DNA of 64,000 bases from Nymphaea colorata (lineage: Eukaryota): positions 7,874,001 to 7,938,000 of the forward strand of contig NC_045138.2 in the NCBI RefSeq assembly GCF_008831285.2, written 5' to 3'. A program made the position numbers and the translations under genes. The notes under the pieces are model-generated. The model did no database searches. It worked only from the letters and a program-made list of their open reading frames with translations, and was not told where the DNA came from. This document shows positions 25,620 through 39,320 of this stretch, in pieces; the first letter of the stretch is position 1, and every line of letters starts with the position of its first letter.

Positions 25620-28600
25620 TGCCTGGTTCTATTTATTTTAATGGCTCAAATTCTATCCTTTTACTTGATGATTCGAATTATGCTGAATGGAAAGAAAATG
25701 TTGTGTTTACATTGGGGTATATGGATCTGGACATGGCTTTGAGGCGACTTGAGCCACCACCTCTTACACCAGAAAATACACATAATGAAATAGTGTATTT
25801 TGACTAGTGGGAGTGTTCTAACCGACTAAGCTTGTTGCTTTTGCAATCAAGGGTCGCTAAGAACATACGTGGTGCTATCCCACCTTGTAGATCGGTGAGA
25901 GAGTTCTTGGATGCAGTTGAAGCTCAGTTTGTCAGTTCTCATAAAGCCAGAGCCAGTACCCTAATGTCAAAGTTAATATCTATGAAATATCAAGGAGGGG
26001 GTAACATTCGCCAGCATATGTTAGAAATGAGGAACATTGCTTCTCAATTGAATGACATTAAGTTGACTATTTCTGAATCATTCTTGGTATTCTTTACTTT
26101 GACCTCTTTACTAGCTGAATACACTCCTTTTAAGATCAGTTACAACACACATAATACTGAATGGACATTCAATGAATTGATGTCTAAGTGTGTTGAAGAG
26201 GAGGAAAGAATGAATGGTGAGAAGTTGCAAAGTGCACATATGGTTTCTCACTCTGGGGCTGGTAAAGTTGGCATAAAGAAAAGTTCAATGAAAAGGAGTG
26301 CCAAGAAGAAGTCAACAGGACAAACTGCTTCTCAAATTGCGCAGACTAACTTATCCCATATAAAGTGTTTCTTTTGCAAGAAAATGGGGCATAAGAAGTT
26401 AGACTGCATCAAGTACAAGAATTAGTTACAGAAAAAATGTAATATGTCATTTGTTTCACTTGAAAGTAATATATTACATGTTCCTATTAATAGCTGGTGG
26501 ATTGACTCTGGTGCTACTGTGCATATTGCTAATAATTTACAGGACTTTCTGAGCAAAATGGAACCAACACTACATGAGAGGAGCATTTTCTCAGGAAACA
26601 AAATGCGCTCACATGTGAAAGCTGTAGGAGAATGCCAGATTAGGCTTGATACTGGCTTTGTTTTGGATCTTCATGATGTTTTCTTTGTTCCATCATATAG
26701 TAGAAGCTTAATTTCTGTATCAAGACTGGACAAATTTGATTTCTATTTAAAGTTTGAAAATTCAAAAATGTTGATTTATAAAGATCTTGTTGAAATTGGT
26801 TCTGCTATTTTGTGTGATGGTTTATACAAGTTGAATGTGAAGATCCAATCTCCTGAATCATTGGTTTCTAGTCATAATATAATTGGCAATAAGCATAGTA
26901 CCATAAAGGATGATTCATATATGCTATGGCACCGCCGTTTGGGTCATATCTCTGAAAAGAGAATAAGGAGACTCTTAAATGAAGGGATCTTACGATCTTT
27001 TGATTTTACAGATAACGACATATGTGTTGATTGCATAAAGGCAAAGCAAACTAACATATATAAAGAAGGTGCCGAGCGATGTACTAAAGATTAGGAACGT
27101 TCACAAAGATGTTTGTGGACCTTTCCCTCCTTATTACACAAGCGAAAAGTATTTTGTCACCTTTATAGATGACTATTCTCGGTATTTGTATCTCTACTTA
27201 ATCTTTGAAAAATCCGATGTGTGTCAAGTTTTCAAAGATTATAAGAAAGAAGTAGAGAAACAAACCGGTGAGGTTATCAAGATAGTCAGATCAGATAGAG
27301 GTGGTGAATATTATGGTAGGTTCACTGAGATGGGACAAAGGGAGGGACCATTAGTGCGATTTCTAAAAGAAGAAGGCATTGTGCCTCAATACACTATGCC
27401 AGGCAGCGCCTACCAAAATGGTGTTGCTGAAAGAAGAAATCGTACGCTTAAAGAAATGGTTCGAGCTATGTTAAATTACTCTACTCTCCCTCAACCTTGT
27501 GGGGTGAAGCTCTCAGGACAGCAGTGCATATACAGAATAGGGTTTCTACTAACGCTGTTCCCACAACTCCTTACGAGTTATGGACAGGTAGGAAACCTTC
27601 TCTTTCTTATATGCACATATGGGGATGTCCTGCTGAAGCTAAATTGTATAACCCCTACATAAAAGCCTTTGATCCTAGAACAACCAGTGGTTTCTTTATT
27701 GGTTATCTAAAAAGATCGAAAGGCTATAGGTTTTATTGTCCATCTCATACACCTCATATTGTGGAAACAGATAAGGCTAAGTTCTTGGAAGATGGCTCAT
27801 TTGGGTTAGATGCATTACAAAACCTCAATTTTGAGAAAATACATGATACTGAAAGTAGACCTGATAAAGAGAATATAAATGTGTATGATTATGTTGTCTC
27901 CCAGGATGACCTGAATGCAAATCATACAGGCAATGCATCAGATCCAGATGAATTAAGTGTAGATCATGCTGATGAACACGAACAGGATATAAACATACAA
28001 ATTGAAAATGATCAATTACCTGTTCGTAGATCTACAAGGGCCAGGAGATCTGCCATATCATCAGACTATGTGGTATACCTACAAGAGCCTAGTGATTTCA
28101 TAGATGTTGATGATGATCCTTTCACATTCATTGAAGCCATTGAAAGCAAACAATATAGGCACTGGATTAATGCCATGAAAGAAGAGCTTGACTCTATGGT
28201 TAAAAACCAGAGGTGGAGCCTTGTGTCGTTGCCTGAAGGAGTAAAACCCGTAGGATGTAAATGGGTCTATAAGATCAAGAGGAACTCTAAAGGCAACATA
28301 GAGAGATACAATGCAAGATTGGTTGCTAAATGATTCACACAAATGGAGGGCATTGACTATAATGAGACATATTCACCTGTTTCTGCTAAAGAATCAATGA
28401 GGATTGTCCTTGCACTTGTAGTTCATTTTGACTTAGAGCTACATCAGATGAATGTGAAAACGGCTTTCTTGAATGGTGATTTGGATGAAGAGGTATATAT
28501 GGATCAACCTCAAGGGTTTTCTGAGAGTGGTAAAGATCATTTGGTTTGCAAGCTTAATAAAGCGATTTATGGACTTAAACAGTCCTCACGTCAATGGTAC

Positions 28601-29685
28601 ATTAAGTTTTCCGAAGTCATTACGACTTTTGGGTTTACAGAAAACATCATTGATCGATGTATGTATCTTAAGACATGTGGGAGTAAGTTCATAATTTTGA
28701 CTTGATATGTGGATGACATTTTGCTTGCTTCAAATGATCTTTAATTGCTAACAGAAACCAAACATTTTCTCACATCTCATTTTGAGAAGAAGGACATGGG
28801 TGAGGCTTCATTTGTTCTTGGCATTGAGATTCGTCGAGACAGATCTAAATGTGTTTTAAGTCTCTTCCAATCAGCATACATCAATAAAGTTCTTAAAAGA
28901 TATGGGATGGAGAATTGTTCTCCTATTTCGGCACCCATAGCTAAAGGGGATAAATTGAGCCTAAAGGATTGTCCAAAGGACGAATTTGAAAAGGCACAAA
29001 TGATCAACATTCCATATGCATCTGCGGTTGGCAGCTTGCAGTATGCGCAGATTTGTACTAGGCCTGACATTTCTTTTGCTGTTGGCATGCTTGGTAGATT
29101 TCAGTCTAATCCAGGCATGGCACATTGGAAGGCCGTAAAGAGAGTCATGCGATACTTGCAAGGGAAAAAGATTACATGTTGACATATCGCAAGGTGGACC
29201 ATTTAGAAGTGATTGGCTATTCTGATGCCGATCTTGGAGGATGTACCGATAGTAGAAAGTCTACTACTGGTTTTGTTTTCCTTCTATCAGGAGGTGCTAT
29301 CTCATGGGGGAGCAAAAAGCAGACTGTGACTGCTGCTCACACCATGGAAGCAGAATTCATTGCATTATATGAGACTACATCACAGGCAATTTGGATAAAG
29401 AACTTCATTTCATAGCTCAAGATAGTGGAATCCATTGATAGACCACTTAAGGTTCACTGTGATAATGAAGCTGCAGTGTCTTTTTCCAACAACAACAAAA
29501 GTACTACTTCTTGTAAGCATATGGAACTTAAGTATTTTGTTGTTAAGGAAAGGACAGAGAATCAACTAGTGTGTATTCAATACATTGGAACTAGAGATAT
29601 GGTTGCAGATCCTCTTACTAAAGCGCTAGCATCTGGTATGTTCTTTGAACATGTTAAGAGGATGGGTTTGTGTAGTTCAATGTAA
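25620..29685 (+). pseudogene. Copia gag-pol polyprotein, disrupted
   Basis: Zn knuckle CFFCKKMGHKKLDC, protease WWIDSGAT, WHRRLGH, integrase FIDDYSR/RSDRGGEY/NGVAERRNRTL, RT KTAFLNG/YGLKQ/YVDD, RNase H YSDAD...ADPLTK. In-frame stops at about 25805, 26423, 28331, 28703, 28742 and 29413; frameshifts near 27090, 27497 and 29165. Confidence 0.93.
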
Positions 29686-29866
29686 ACACACTATTATGCA
29701 AACATTTATGAATGTGATCACATACAGTTTGTTGTCTATTTATTTTGTATTCTCATTTGTTTGTTGAGAAGTTTTGTAAGACAACAAAGTGTGACCTTGG
29801 AATGGATTTTAAGGCTAATCCATTCATTTTGTTTACCCTTGATATCAACTTGGACTAGTGGGAGAT

Positions 29867-30271
29867 TGTTGGGATTTCTCCATCTGGATAGTCCTGCGTC
29901 GATACGGGTCCACATCCGTTTCGGACCCTTAAGTATAAATACTTGTGTCTTGTGATGGTGTGAGACACATTCAGTTTTTACCGTCTGGGTAATCGGCCCC
30001 CTTAGCCATACGTGAATTGTCTGTTCACATCACTGGGCTACTATGGCTGAGGAGAGAAACCCATTGCCGCCGCCGCCGCCGCCGCTACCTCCGCAGGAGA
30101 ATGACTCTATGGGGACTGTAGCCGTTCTTCCCACAGCCGCCGACATTCAGTCGGCGGTCACCTCTACAGGTTCTACTTCCGCCCTATTTGAACACATGAA
30201 TCATGAATGCTTCTTTCGAATTTCTGCATTTTCGTTTGTGCGCTATCTAGATTTCTACCAAAGCTCCAACA
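29867..30271 (+). repeat. Copia 3' LTR
   Basis: TGTTGGG...CCAACA, immediately after the PPT and followed by the TSD. Confidence 0.94.
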
Positions 30272-31834
30272 ATCCAAACATTGTAGGTTTTGGAGGAGAA
30301 TTAGGAAAATTCAAGTTTAACATGATTTTGTCAAAAACTGGATTTTCCTCAAAACCTGCTTTGATGGCATCCAAACATTTAATGTTTTGAAAGTGAAACC
30401 AAGTTTCACATGATTTTGTCAAAATTGGATTTCCCTATTTCCCTCAAAAACGGTTTTGATGACATCCAAACATTGTAGGTTTTGAAGGAGAAAGCAGGTT
30501 TCACATGATTTTTTCAAAACTGGATTTTCCTCAAAACCCGTTTTTGATGGCATCCAAACATTCTATGTTTTGACAGTGAAACCATGATTTTGTCAAAACT
30601 GGATTTTCCTCAAAGCCCGTTTTGATGGCATCCAGAACATTCTATGTTTTGGAGGTGAAATCAAGTTTCATATCTAAAACCTAGTTTTGGAGTGTAATCC
30701 AAATGCCCCCTAAAGCTTTTCACTTGGAAGTTGAACCTCTTGACTGAAAACATAACAACATCCAAATGCGACCAAGGCCATTACAACCACAAGAAGACAC
30801 CGCTCTTCCCAAGGGAAACAACTTCCATATCACAAGAACTGAAAACCATCTAACTTTCAGGTAAGTTTTGTGAAAACTGAAACTCCTGAATCATTGGTAC
30901 CAAATGAGGTAGACAGGGCCAGGCATCGTACTTCTTTTAACTTGTAGGTAAGTTTTGTTAAACATTAAGGTGCATTTGGTATATTTGCGCAATAGCTGGG
31001 GGGTGAATAGTAGGTCTTTATTTTAAGCCTTTACGTCATTAATTTTTAATGTCATAAAAAAAAGTTAATATATAATATATAAGTTGACGGGTCGTTGCGT
31101 ACTGGGTGACAAGGTGTCGATTTCTTATAAACACACTCATGTTCGAATCTTGGAGTGATTATTATCACACCTTCAATGTAGTCTATTTTTCTACCATGAA
31201 AACATGCTCTGTCCTCTTTTAAAAATAGTGAAATGAATTACTCACACTTGAAACTCACACTTGAATACAAAATAAAGTACAGTGAAACTGTGGATCACTT
31301 GAAAACTCCTAACTTGAAAACAAAATAAGGTAAAGTGAACTTCCTGGATCACTGAGAAGGTTAAATGAAGCATGTGGGACGTGATACACACAAGCGTTAA
31401 AAATAGTTTTCATGTGAATCTGACCGGCAGGCTCTGACAAAAAACTGACAGGCATTAGAAAATATGCAACACGCGTGGCAATATTTCCACCGTAAACAGA
31501 TAAAAGATAAAAACTGGTAATCACTTTCTACTGCAACTTCCACGTGAAAGTGGGAAAACTTTCCGACCTTTGGGATAACACGAGAGATGGTAGTTACTGG
31601 ATCCATATCCAGATTCATATTCTAACATATATCTACCGATGTAGGAGTGAAAAGTAAACTGTAATCTGGTTACTTGGTTTTGGGGTTGCATGTATACTTA
31701 TAGCGATCCAGGGTACGACATGCATATGATGCTTGTTAAGTTAAAAATGGATCAATGAATTCCTCCAAGAAAAATTCTGGTTCTTTAATTTTTCAATTAG
31801 TTTTAAGTGACTTTTAATTATTTTAATGTGGAAA

Positions 31835-32206
31835 TAGGGATGTCAATGAATTGGATTTGGATATCCTGAGAAAACCGGGTAAGGAAAAAATTTAACATCT
31901 CATCAGAAAATCGACCGGACCTTATTCGAATTTTGTGAAATAATATCCAATAATTTTTTTGGTTGAAATTTAGTTTTAAATACCCAGTTACAGCTATGTA
32001 TCCAAAAGTCATATTCGAATCGAAATATGAAAACAAAAGTTGGATGTGGATCACATTTGATTAAAAACAAAATGTGGATTTAGATATGTTATAAATGTTT
32101 CTTAATTGATATTCAAGTCCAAATATGATCTAAATACGTGAACATCTGATAAATCAGATTATAATAAATGATATATAGATTCGAATTCAATGTATTGACA
32201 TCCCTT
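31835..32206. mobile_element. hAT-like MITE, same family
   Basis: TAGGGATGTCAAT ... ATTGACATCCCT. Confidence 0.7.
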
Positions 32207-34384
32207 GATGCAACTCAAAGGTTAGTCACACTTTCATGAGACGGTGAGACCCAAAACATCGAAATCATCCGATGTAGTCAGTATCGGTTTTGAAATTGTG
32301 TTACCGTTATGGCGCTTCGACCGATAGGCATTGGCTCTGTATCGGTTTATTTCTTCTTTTTCGAATTTTCTTCACAATTAATAGGTAATTTTTTTTTTAT
32401 ATTTAATAAACCAAGAAAAAACTAAGTTACGTAGCTTTCAAATCCCATTCCGATGGTATCCCTTGAGTTGGCAGCTCATTGGGCTAAAAGGAAACAGACA
32501 TCAACGATAATAATGATATCACCACAAAGGCCAAACTTTCTTCATCGGCAACCTCCCGTCTCCTTTTTTCCTTCAGCGAAAACCTCTCTCTCTTTTTTTT
32601 TTTTTCTTGTTCCTGACTGTCTTCCTTTGCTGGAAAGATGCATAAGGAATGAAGGAACTCATGTTAAAGTACGTATGTTGCGTTCATGCAATGCAAGAGC
32701 ATTTAAATAAACATGCATATGTACTTTTCTTGTTACGAAGGTGATTACTGAATCTTTACATATTATAAGGATATTTAATTAAATATAAACATATACATTT
32801 ATATTAACTAAAGTCAATATTAAAACTTTACATATAAAAGTTGTAGGGTCCATCGTTCACTGGCTGCGTACACAGGTGTGTACATAACTCTCTCTCGTCC
32901 TTAGGTGGTACCAAAATTGCATTGAATAATATTTAGAAAGTGACAAGTAGTACGTAAAGTTTGTATAAATGACCAATCATTGCTTAGTTTTTAAAAGCCA
33001 ACGAATAGGTATTCGATTTTTAGGAGAAACTTTCATCAAGCTGCTTATTAATAGAACATATTGTTTAAAGAAAAAAGTATTTTCATAAAAGAAACTTGTG
33101 TCGTTCTAAGTCAACATATTCGTTCTTTTTAGAATTTTTTATTATTTTTACCCTAAGTTTTCAGCTTTTCTTAATTTTTTTTTTTTAAATGAAGGATAGA
33201 AACCCAAGGCTGATTTCCTGTTGTGCTTATATCATTCAAAACCATGTTTTCATTTGTTATAACTTGATACTTTTTTATGTTATAAGTTTTTTTTTAACCC
33301 ATACCAGTTTTCTTTCATTTAACTATAAAAAGCATATTGAGTGAGTAGGGTTCGACTCATCATTTCCTAAAGTACATGAATAATGTAAGTGTTATTTTGA
33401 TATTCCAATTTTGTGGAAGTATCGATTTGGACAACATTGTATTGACTGTTAAATTTTTTATATTTTTAATTCAAAAATCATTTAACAAATATGTTTAAAA
33501 TATTCAATAAAAAAACACTAAGTATTGTTGCTACCAGGTTTCGACGTGGTAAAATGTTCAAAAATTTAATTAATAAATATGTTTAAAATATTTAAAATAA
33601 AAAAATAATGCTTAGTATTCCAAGCTCCGAATGGGATGACCTCCTCACCGTTAGGAGCCGTCCATAAGTCCACAAACGATACGGATATTTAAGGACAGCG
33701 AGCGGAGTGGGGACCGAACGAGATATATGAATATCTTTTAAGTAGACACCTGTCCGGCCCTTCTCAAACTAAGAGGCAAATGAGAGCATGGACCAGCGGG
33801 CCCCACACTCCTCGTTGTTGATGAAAACATGGCGGTTCAAATATGGGCCGTACCAAGCGGTCACGATAGACCACTTGTCCGGCCCTTGTAGAAAGAGAGG
33901 GAAATAAGATAAAGGAGCGGTGGACCAGATGCAGACCGCCTGACATGATTGAAGGTAGTAGAAATTCCTGTTCTGCTACCCCAATTTGTAACTTGCTATT
34001 CTCTTCCCACCTTACCTTGAAGATAGGATTATTTTGATTCAAGGATAGGATTATTTTGATTGAAGGGCACCAAGCCCACACGGTTGCCCACACGGATACC
34101 TAAAAAACCTAAATTTTTATGTTAACATTTGCAAGTATTTTTTATTTATATATTGGTGCCTCTTAAAATTTTATACCATGTGCCCTTCAGTTACATAAAC
34201 TTTGGATCATCATAGTTTAATTATAAACTAAATAATTTTTGGATCATCATAGATTAGTTATGAGCTCTTCTAATGACAGAAATGTTTGGTGGAGCCGCCA
34301 TGGTCTCTGCCATTGAAGTCAAGTATTGGCTGATACGTTAACGACAAATAACATGTTTGCTTGCTATCTCTTATATCACATTAA

Positions 34385-34712
34385 GGGTCCGTCCGTTTGA
34401 TGGGTAAGATATTTTGTATAGCATTGAAAATTTTAAAAACTTTTCTTGCTCATCAAACTGAGGATGAAAAAAATAACTGTTGAATTGGTTTTTAGAAATT
34501 TTTAGGATGAAAAAAGTCACCGTTGAGCGATCAAAGCATTCCTTAATCCAACGATTCTGTTTCTTCATCGTTCATTCTTCTCAAACTAAGAAACTTATTT
34601 CCTCAAAAATAAACCCAAGTATAGCAAACATAGAAAGGTTTTGGAATCGAGATTTTGTTTCTATTTTTTGAATTTCTGAAAACTTCTTTCCAACTCTACG
34701 TCAAACGGCCCC
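34385..34712. mobile_element. Tourist-like MITE
   Basis: TAA TSD; TIR GGGTCCG(TCCG)TTTGA / TCAAACGGCCCC. Confidence 0.7.
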
Positions 34713-34721
34713 TAAAGAATA

Positions 34722-35040
34722 TTTTTGCACGAGAAAATTGTTTCCGTGATTTCTCATTGCATCCACCAACTTTTGGCGGAGCCCGGAACTCTTTGGGTGG
34801 GAAGCAAACATTTTGCACATTCCAAGATAATTTTGCACGAGGAATTTCTTATCTGTGATTTTGAGAGTCCACCAACCAACCATTGGCAATTTGGCAGAGC
34901 CCTAAGCTTGTGGGTGAGAGGCAAACGTTTTGAGTCTTCCAAGATAATTTTGCACGAGAAAATTGTTTCTGGATTTTCATTGCATCCACCAACCATTGAT
35001 GGACCCCGAAGCTTCCAGGTGAGAGGAAAACCTTTTGGAA
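34722..35040. repeat. Three degenerate ~110-bp tandem units
   Basis: TTTTGCACGAG(A/G)AA...CCACCAAC... recurs near 34723, 34830 and 34948. Confidence 0.7.
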
Positions 35041-35629
35041 TGGCTGTGGGGCAATTGCCCCCACAAAACCACGTGTGTTCAAAGGGGACACGGGTCTGCG
35101 TGGCAAACTTGTGGTGGCGCCACATGCAGCTTCATCCCTATTGTCTTCAACATGTTTTTCATGAATTTAGTTGTCCAATTAAATGCAATATATAAATATA
35201 GATATATATATGTATATATATGAAAATATTCTATTATTATAAAGAATTTAAAGCCAATATGCTATTTGAATTTTATGGCCCCAGAAAGCTAGGACTGCAG
35301 ATTTTTAAACCTTTGCATGATATGATTTGTATCACGTCAACTTCAGCATTTGGTTTATGTTTAAACTAAATTTTACGACGGGCAAGATTCGACAAAGTAA
35401 GAGGCGTGACTGATTATATACATGGAGTGGCTCGTTTTATTTTCTGGGAAGCTTCCCATGAAATTTGTCTTTATTATTCCATTGGCGTCTACGGAGGGCT
35501 GGTCTACCATCGAATTTAAAAAAAAAAAAAAATTAACTTACAAATTTTAAAAAATTTTAGTTCAACATATATACACAATTTCAAAGATCATATTTCAGCC
35601 TTTTTTTCTTTTTAAATTATAGGCTTCGG

Positions 35630-35962
35630 CACGTGAGTCAGGTTTTGTTCTACCTTGTTCTTGTTGATATAACACACGTGTTCAAAGGTTGACGTCCATA
35701 AGTTTTTCTCTTTCTATCGTTGCTTATTAATTTTTATCAGTGCTCTTACCTTCTAGGAGAAAAAGCCAATCATTTTGCACATCAAACTCTTTATGCTAAG
35801 TTTTCAACAAAGAATTGTTTGATTTATTCGCTCTTTAATTCAATTCAAGTCCCTCTCTCTCTCTCTCTCTCTCTCTTTAATTCAATTCAAGTCTCTTTCT
35901 CTCTCTTTGATTCAATTCAAGTCTCTCTCTCTCCCTAATGACAAGTTTCAGTGTCTATATAA
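35630..35962 (+). promoter_or_regulatory. LOX proximal promoter: two G-boxes, TGAGTCA, TGACG and TATA box
   Basis: CACGTG at 35630-35635 (overlapping TGAGTCA 35634-35640) and 35675-35680; TGACG 35690-35694; TATATAA 35956-35962, about 105 nt before the ATG. These motifs are typical of jasmonate/wound-responsive promoters; function is inferred. Confidence 0.55.
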
Positions 35963-36067
35963 TGGAGTCCCCGATGCTAAGTTTCAGTACTCCTCGCTCC
36001 CTCCCCGCTCCCTCCCTCTACTTCTCTCTTGCTCCCTCTCTCCCTCGTATCCACGTTATTGGTTTGA

Positions 36068-36476
36068 ATGATGTTGGGTACACATGCCTATGCGATTCGG
36101 GAAGCGCGCTTCCTGGCGGTTCCCCAAGAATTCCTTCTTTCTCCCAATGGCAGAAACTCCTCGTCTGCTGCGCTGCCGGCCGTCAAGTCCGTTCCGTTGG
36201 TGCGCCTTCATCGTCGTCGTCGCCGATCTGGTCAAGAGATCGGCGAAAGATCTCCGGCCAGAGTAGTGGTCGTTTCCTGTGCATCTCCGGCTACTGCAGC
36301 TCCTGCCGCCACCGGCAAAGGCGCCGGCAAGTCCACCGTGACGGCTACCATCTCCGTGCAGACAGAGGTGGAGAGTCTCCTCGCTAACATTGGGATCGGG
36401 CGGGGGCTCGATGACATAGCTGACCTGCTCGGGAAATCCATCCAAGTTGAGCTCGTCAGCTCAGAGCTCAACCTTG
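36068..36476 (+). CDS. LOX2: LOX2-like exon 1 (transit peptide and start of PLAT domain)
   Basis: ATG 36068; [22 protein letters not shown]; donor G|GTAAGC at 36477. Confidence 0.88.
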
Positions 36477-39289
36477 GTAAGCTGCAGCATCATTTACTTA
36501 AACCATTTTATATTACAGTTTCTCACATATATACGGATAAAACCCTAGATTTCTCCATGCTTCGGCCTACAGATACAAGCGTAGCTTGCTCTAGTTGTCC
36601 GGATGCTCCGTCCGCTCCAGCCGACACGCAGTTTTTAACGGATAGACGTTAACAAACAAGAGAAACTCTTTTATATATATATATGTATGTATATATATAT
36701 ATATTATGATCCAAAGCTACCCAGCTCAGTTATAAACGACGAAAAAAATGGAGTGTGATATTTAATCTCTTTTAAAAACCTGTCAAATTTAAGCATCTTT
36801 AGAAGTAGACTAATGAAACATGCACAGACATTTGTGCGGCCTGATTGAGTTGCGTGTATATTTTTGTATTTACAATTTTTTATAAAAAAGTAAATGTTTT
36901 AGATATTTTGAGTGTTTTAGAATTTTTTTAACGTTTTAATTTTTTTTTAAATTGTTTTAATAAAAATATGATTATTGCAACCACTGGTGCAATGCACGTC
37001 ACCAGCTTCGGTGCACGGCTACGGTTATATTAATGTATTGGAGGTCACGTTTCAGAAAATGGGAAGGAGAAGGAGAGCATAAAGGGATGGGCACACAAAG
37101 GGAAGAAAGGAGATGGGGTGCAAAAGTATGAGGCGAAGTTGGAGGTGGAAAGTGGGTTCGGGGAGGTGGGGGCTGTGCTTATCACCAACGTCCACCACAC
37201 GGAGATGTATTTCAAAGAGATAGAGCTCCGAGGTCTCCCTGAGGGAGACGTCCACATAACCTGCAACTCCTGGGTCCACCCCCAAAAGGACAGTCCTCAG
37301 AAGAGGGTCTTCTTCACCGACAAGGTAATTTTTTGGCTTTTCTGATCACTTAATGCCATAATAAAATTGGATATCCAAGTCTCCATTGCCTTACTTATAT
37401 ATATATATATATATATGATGGCATATATCTTACTAGGTCCAGACCTCTTAAATTGGACTGTTAAAATTCTTTTGTATCATCTATATAACTGTGACTGGTA
37501 ACTGTGCTTGCTGTCTTCAGTTGTACCTATCCACTTTGGACAAATATTCTCTAACTTTGTTCCACTGAAGTAAAAGCCCTTCTCATCAGCCACCAGCGTA
37601 GCTATCTGTTCAATTCATATGCCTGGACAGAACCACAAAATAATTTTAGTTAAGGAGTATTATATCATAAATTTTTATGGGCGCCGATATATATAAATAA
37701 TTAAATATTTGACGACATATATATATAAAATAAAAAAATAATCGTACGTTAAATATGTGTCATTAGTATTATTATTATCTCAAAATATCATATTTGTCCA
37801 GAATATTTAGAATATTCAAGTTCCACCCATTGACGTCCATGGCACCAATGCCAAGTTTGGGCTTTGGTGCTGAGCGTCCTGTGACTACTTAGAATCTTAA
37901 TGGGGAGTCGTTGGGAGACGCGCTGACGTGAGGTAAAATCAGTCAGGCCATGTTCGTCAGCCTCCAGTCCGGCCATGTTTGGCCTTAAAAGTGTCACAGT
38001 TACAGTGCGTTTGATAGGGGGAAAGTTGTCTTCTTTAAAAAAAGCAATCTTCCAGAAAAAGAACACATTCACGCGTTCCAAAGAAGGGAATATTCCGGCT
38101 GCGAACGTCTTCCCGCCCTAATGCCACGTTTGCCTCACAATAGCCTTAACCGTTGTAACTTATTTTAATAATATTTTTATTGATTTATATATATAATTAT
38201 ATATATTATGAGTAGTTATATGTATATATTATTTTATATTTAAATATATATTTTTAAATTTTAACTGGAATGGGTTTGAGCTCGACTTTTCAAGAAGCCG
38301 AGTCCGGTTTTGACCTTAGTATGGGCTCTAAGCTATAACCTTGCCCCCCGAACTCGACTCATTATCTGGCATGATGCTCAAATGATAGGTCTCTTTTTAA
38401 GATATAAGAACCTTTTAGTCGTTTCCAATTCAGCTAGAGATTCTAATTTGATTGGATTTACGTATATCCAAAATTGCCGTTTGCTAAACCAGAGATGAAG
38501 TCTGTAAAGTCCAAAAAGGCACCGACAAACATTTTAACTTACCATGTTTGTTATATTTTTTGTACAATGCCATTCTTCCAATCCTTATCAAAATAAAATA
38601 AAAAAATCCTATTGACAACAGAACATTTATATCATTAACATTATTTACACAACAAAAAAAATGAATTATTGTTTCCCAAATTCATATCTTTGGAAAGACA
38701 AAGAGTTTTCATATAAGTGCATTTATAATACTCATTGGAGGAGTGAATGAATCGTGATTTTGGCTATGGTGAGTCATTCAAGCACCCTCCATAAGTTAGA
38801 TGATTAAGAGAAAAATAAGAAGAAAAAGATATGAAATAATGTTAGCTGATGAAAATGTTCATTATCTTTCTTTTCTTGATTTTTATTTCAAACGGTCCTC
38901 GCAAGTAAACTTGGTAACTTTGGATTCAATTTTCCCTCTTTGAATTAGATTTAAATTTGTAATATTTAAAAAAAAAATTGGTAGTACTAATTAAATGCAC
39001 AAAAAAAAAAATGTGAAAACAGAGTTTCCTACCCAGCGCTACACCGGAAGGCCTGAAGAAGCTGAGAACTCAGGAGCTGGAGACGCTTCGCGGCAATGGC
39101 GAAGGAGAAAGAAAGACCCATGAGAGAATATACGACTACGATGTATATAACGACTTGGGCAATCCAGATTCCAGTGATTCTTTGAAGAGGCCAGTTCTTG
39201 GTGGTAAAGAACATCCCTATCCCAGGCGCTGCAGAACCGGTCGATCCAAATCCAAGAAAGGTGATCTCACTTATATCGAAAGTAGTTGT

Positions 39290-39320
<31 letters not shown>

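Larger units (their letters stand above)
23558..30271 (+). mobile_element. Full-length Ty1/Copia LTR retrotransposon (Bianca-like), coding region decayed
   Basis: Two LTRs of 403/405 bp; 5-bp TSD ATCCA (23553-23557 / 30272-30276); PBS; PPT AGTGGGAGAT 29857-29866; domain order gag-PR-INT-RT-RH. Confidence 0.96.
23165..30710. mobile_element. Second copy of the 87-bp-repeat MITE (about 7 units), split by the Copia insertion
   Basis: Matches 18405-18964; repeat units at 23337-23557 and 30277-30670; ends CCAAATGCCCCC-TAA. Confidence 0.7.
18405..31913 (+). repeat. Local segmental duplication: 18405-21160 versus 23165-31913 (excluding the Copia)
   Basis: Shared blocks 18965-19115 ~ 30711-30854, 20294-21004 ~ 30860-31572, 21005-21160 ~ 31734-31913. 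Confidence 0.8.
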
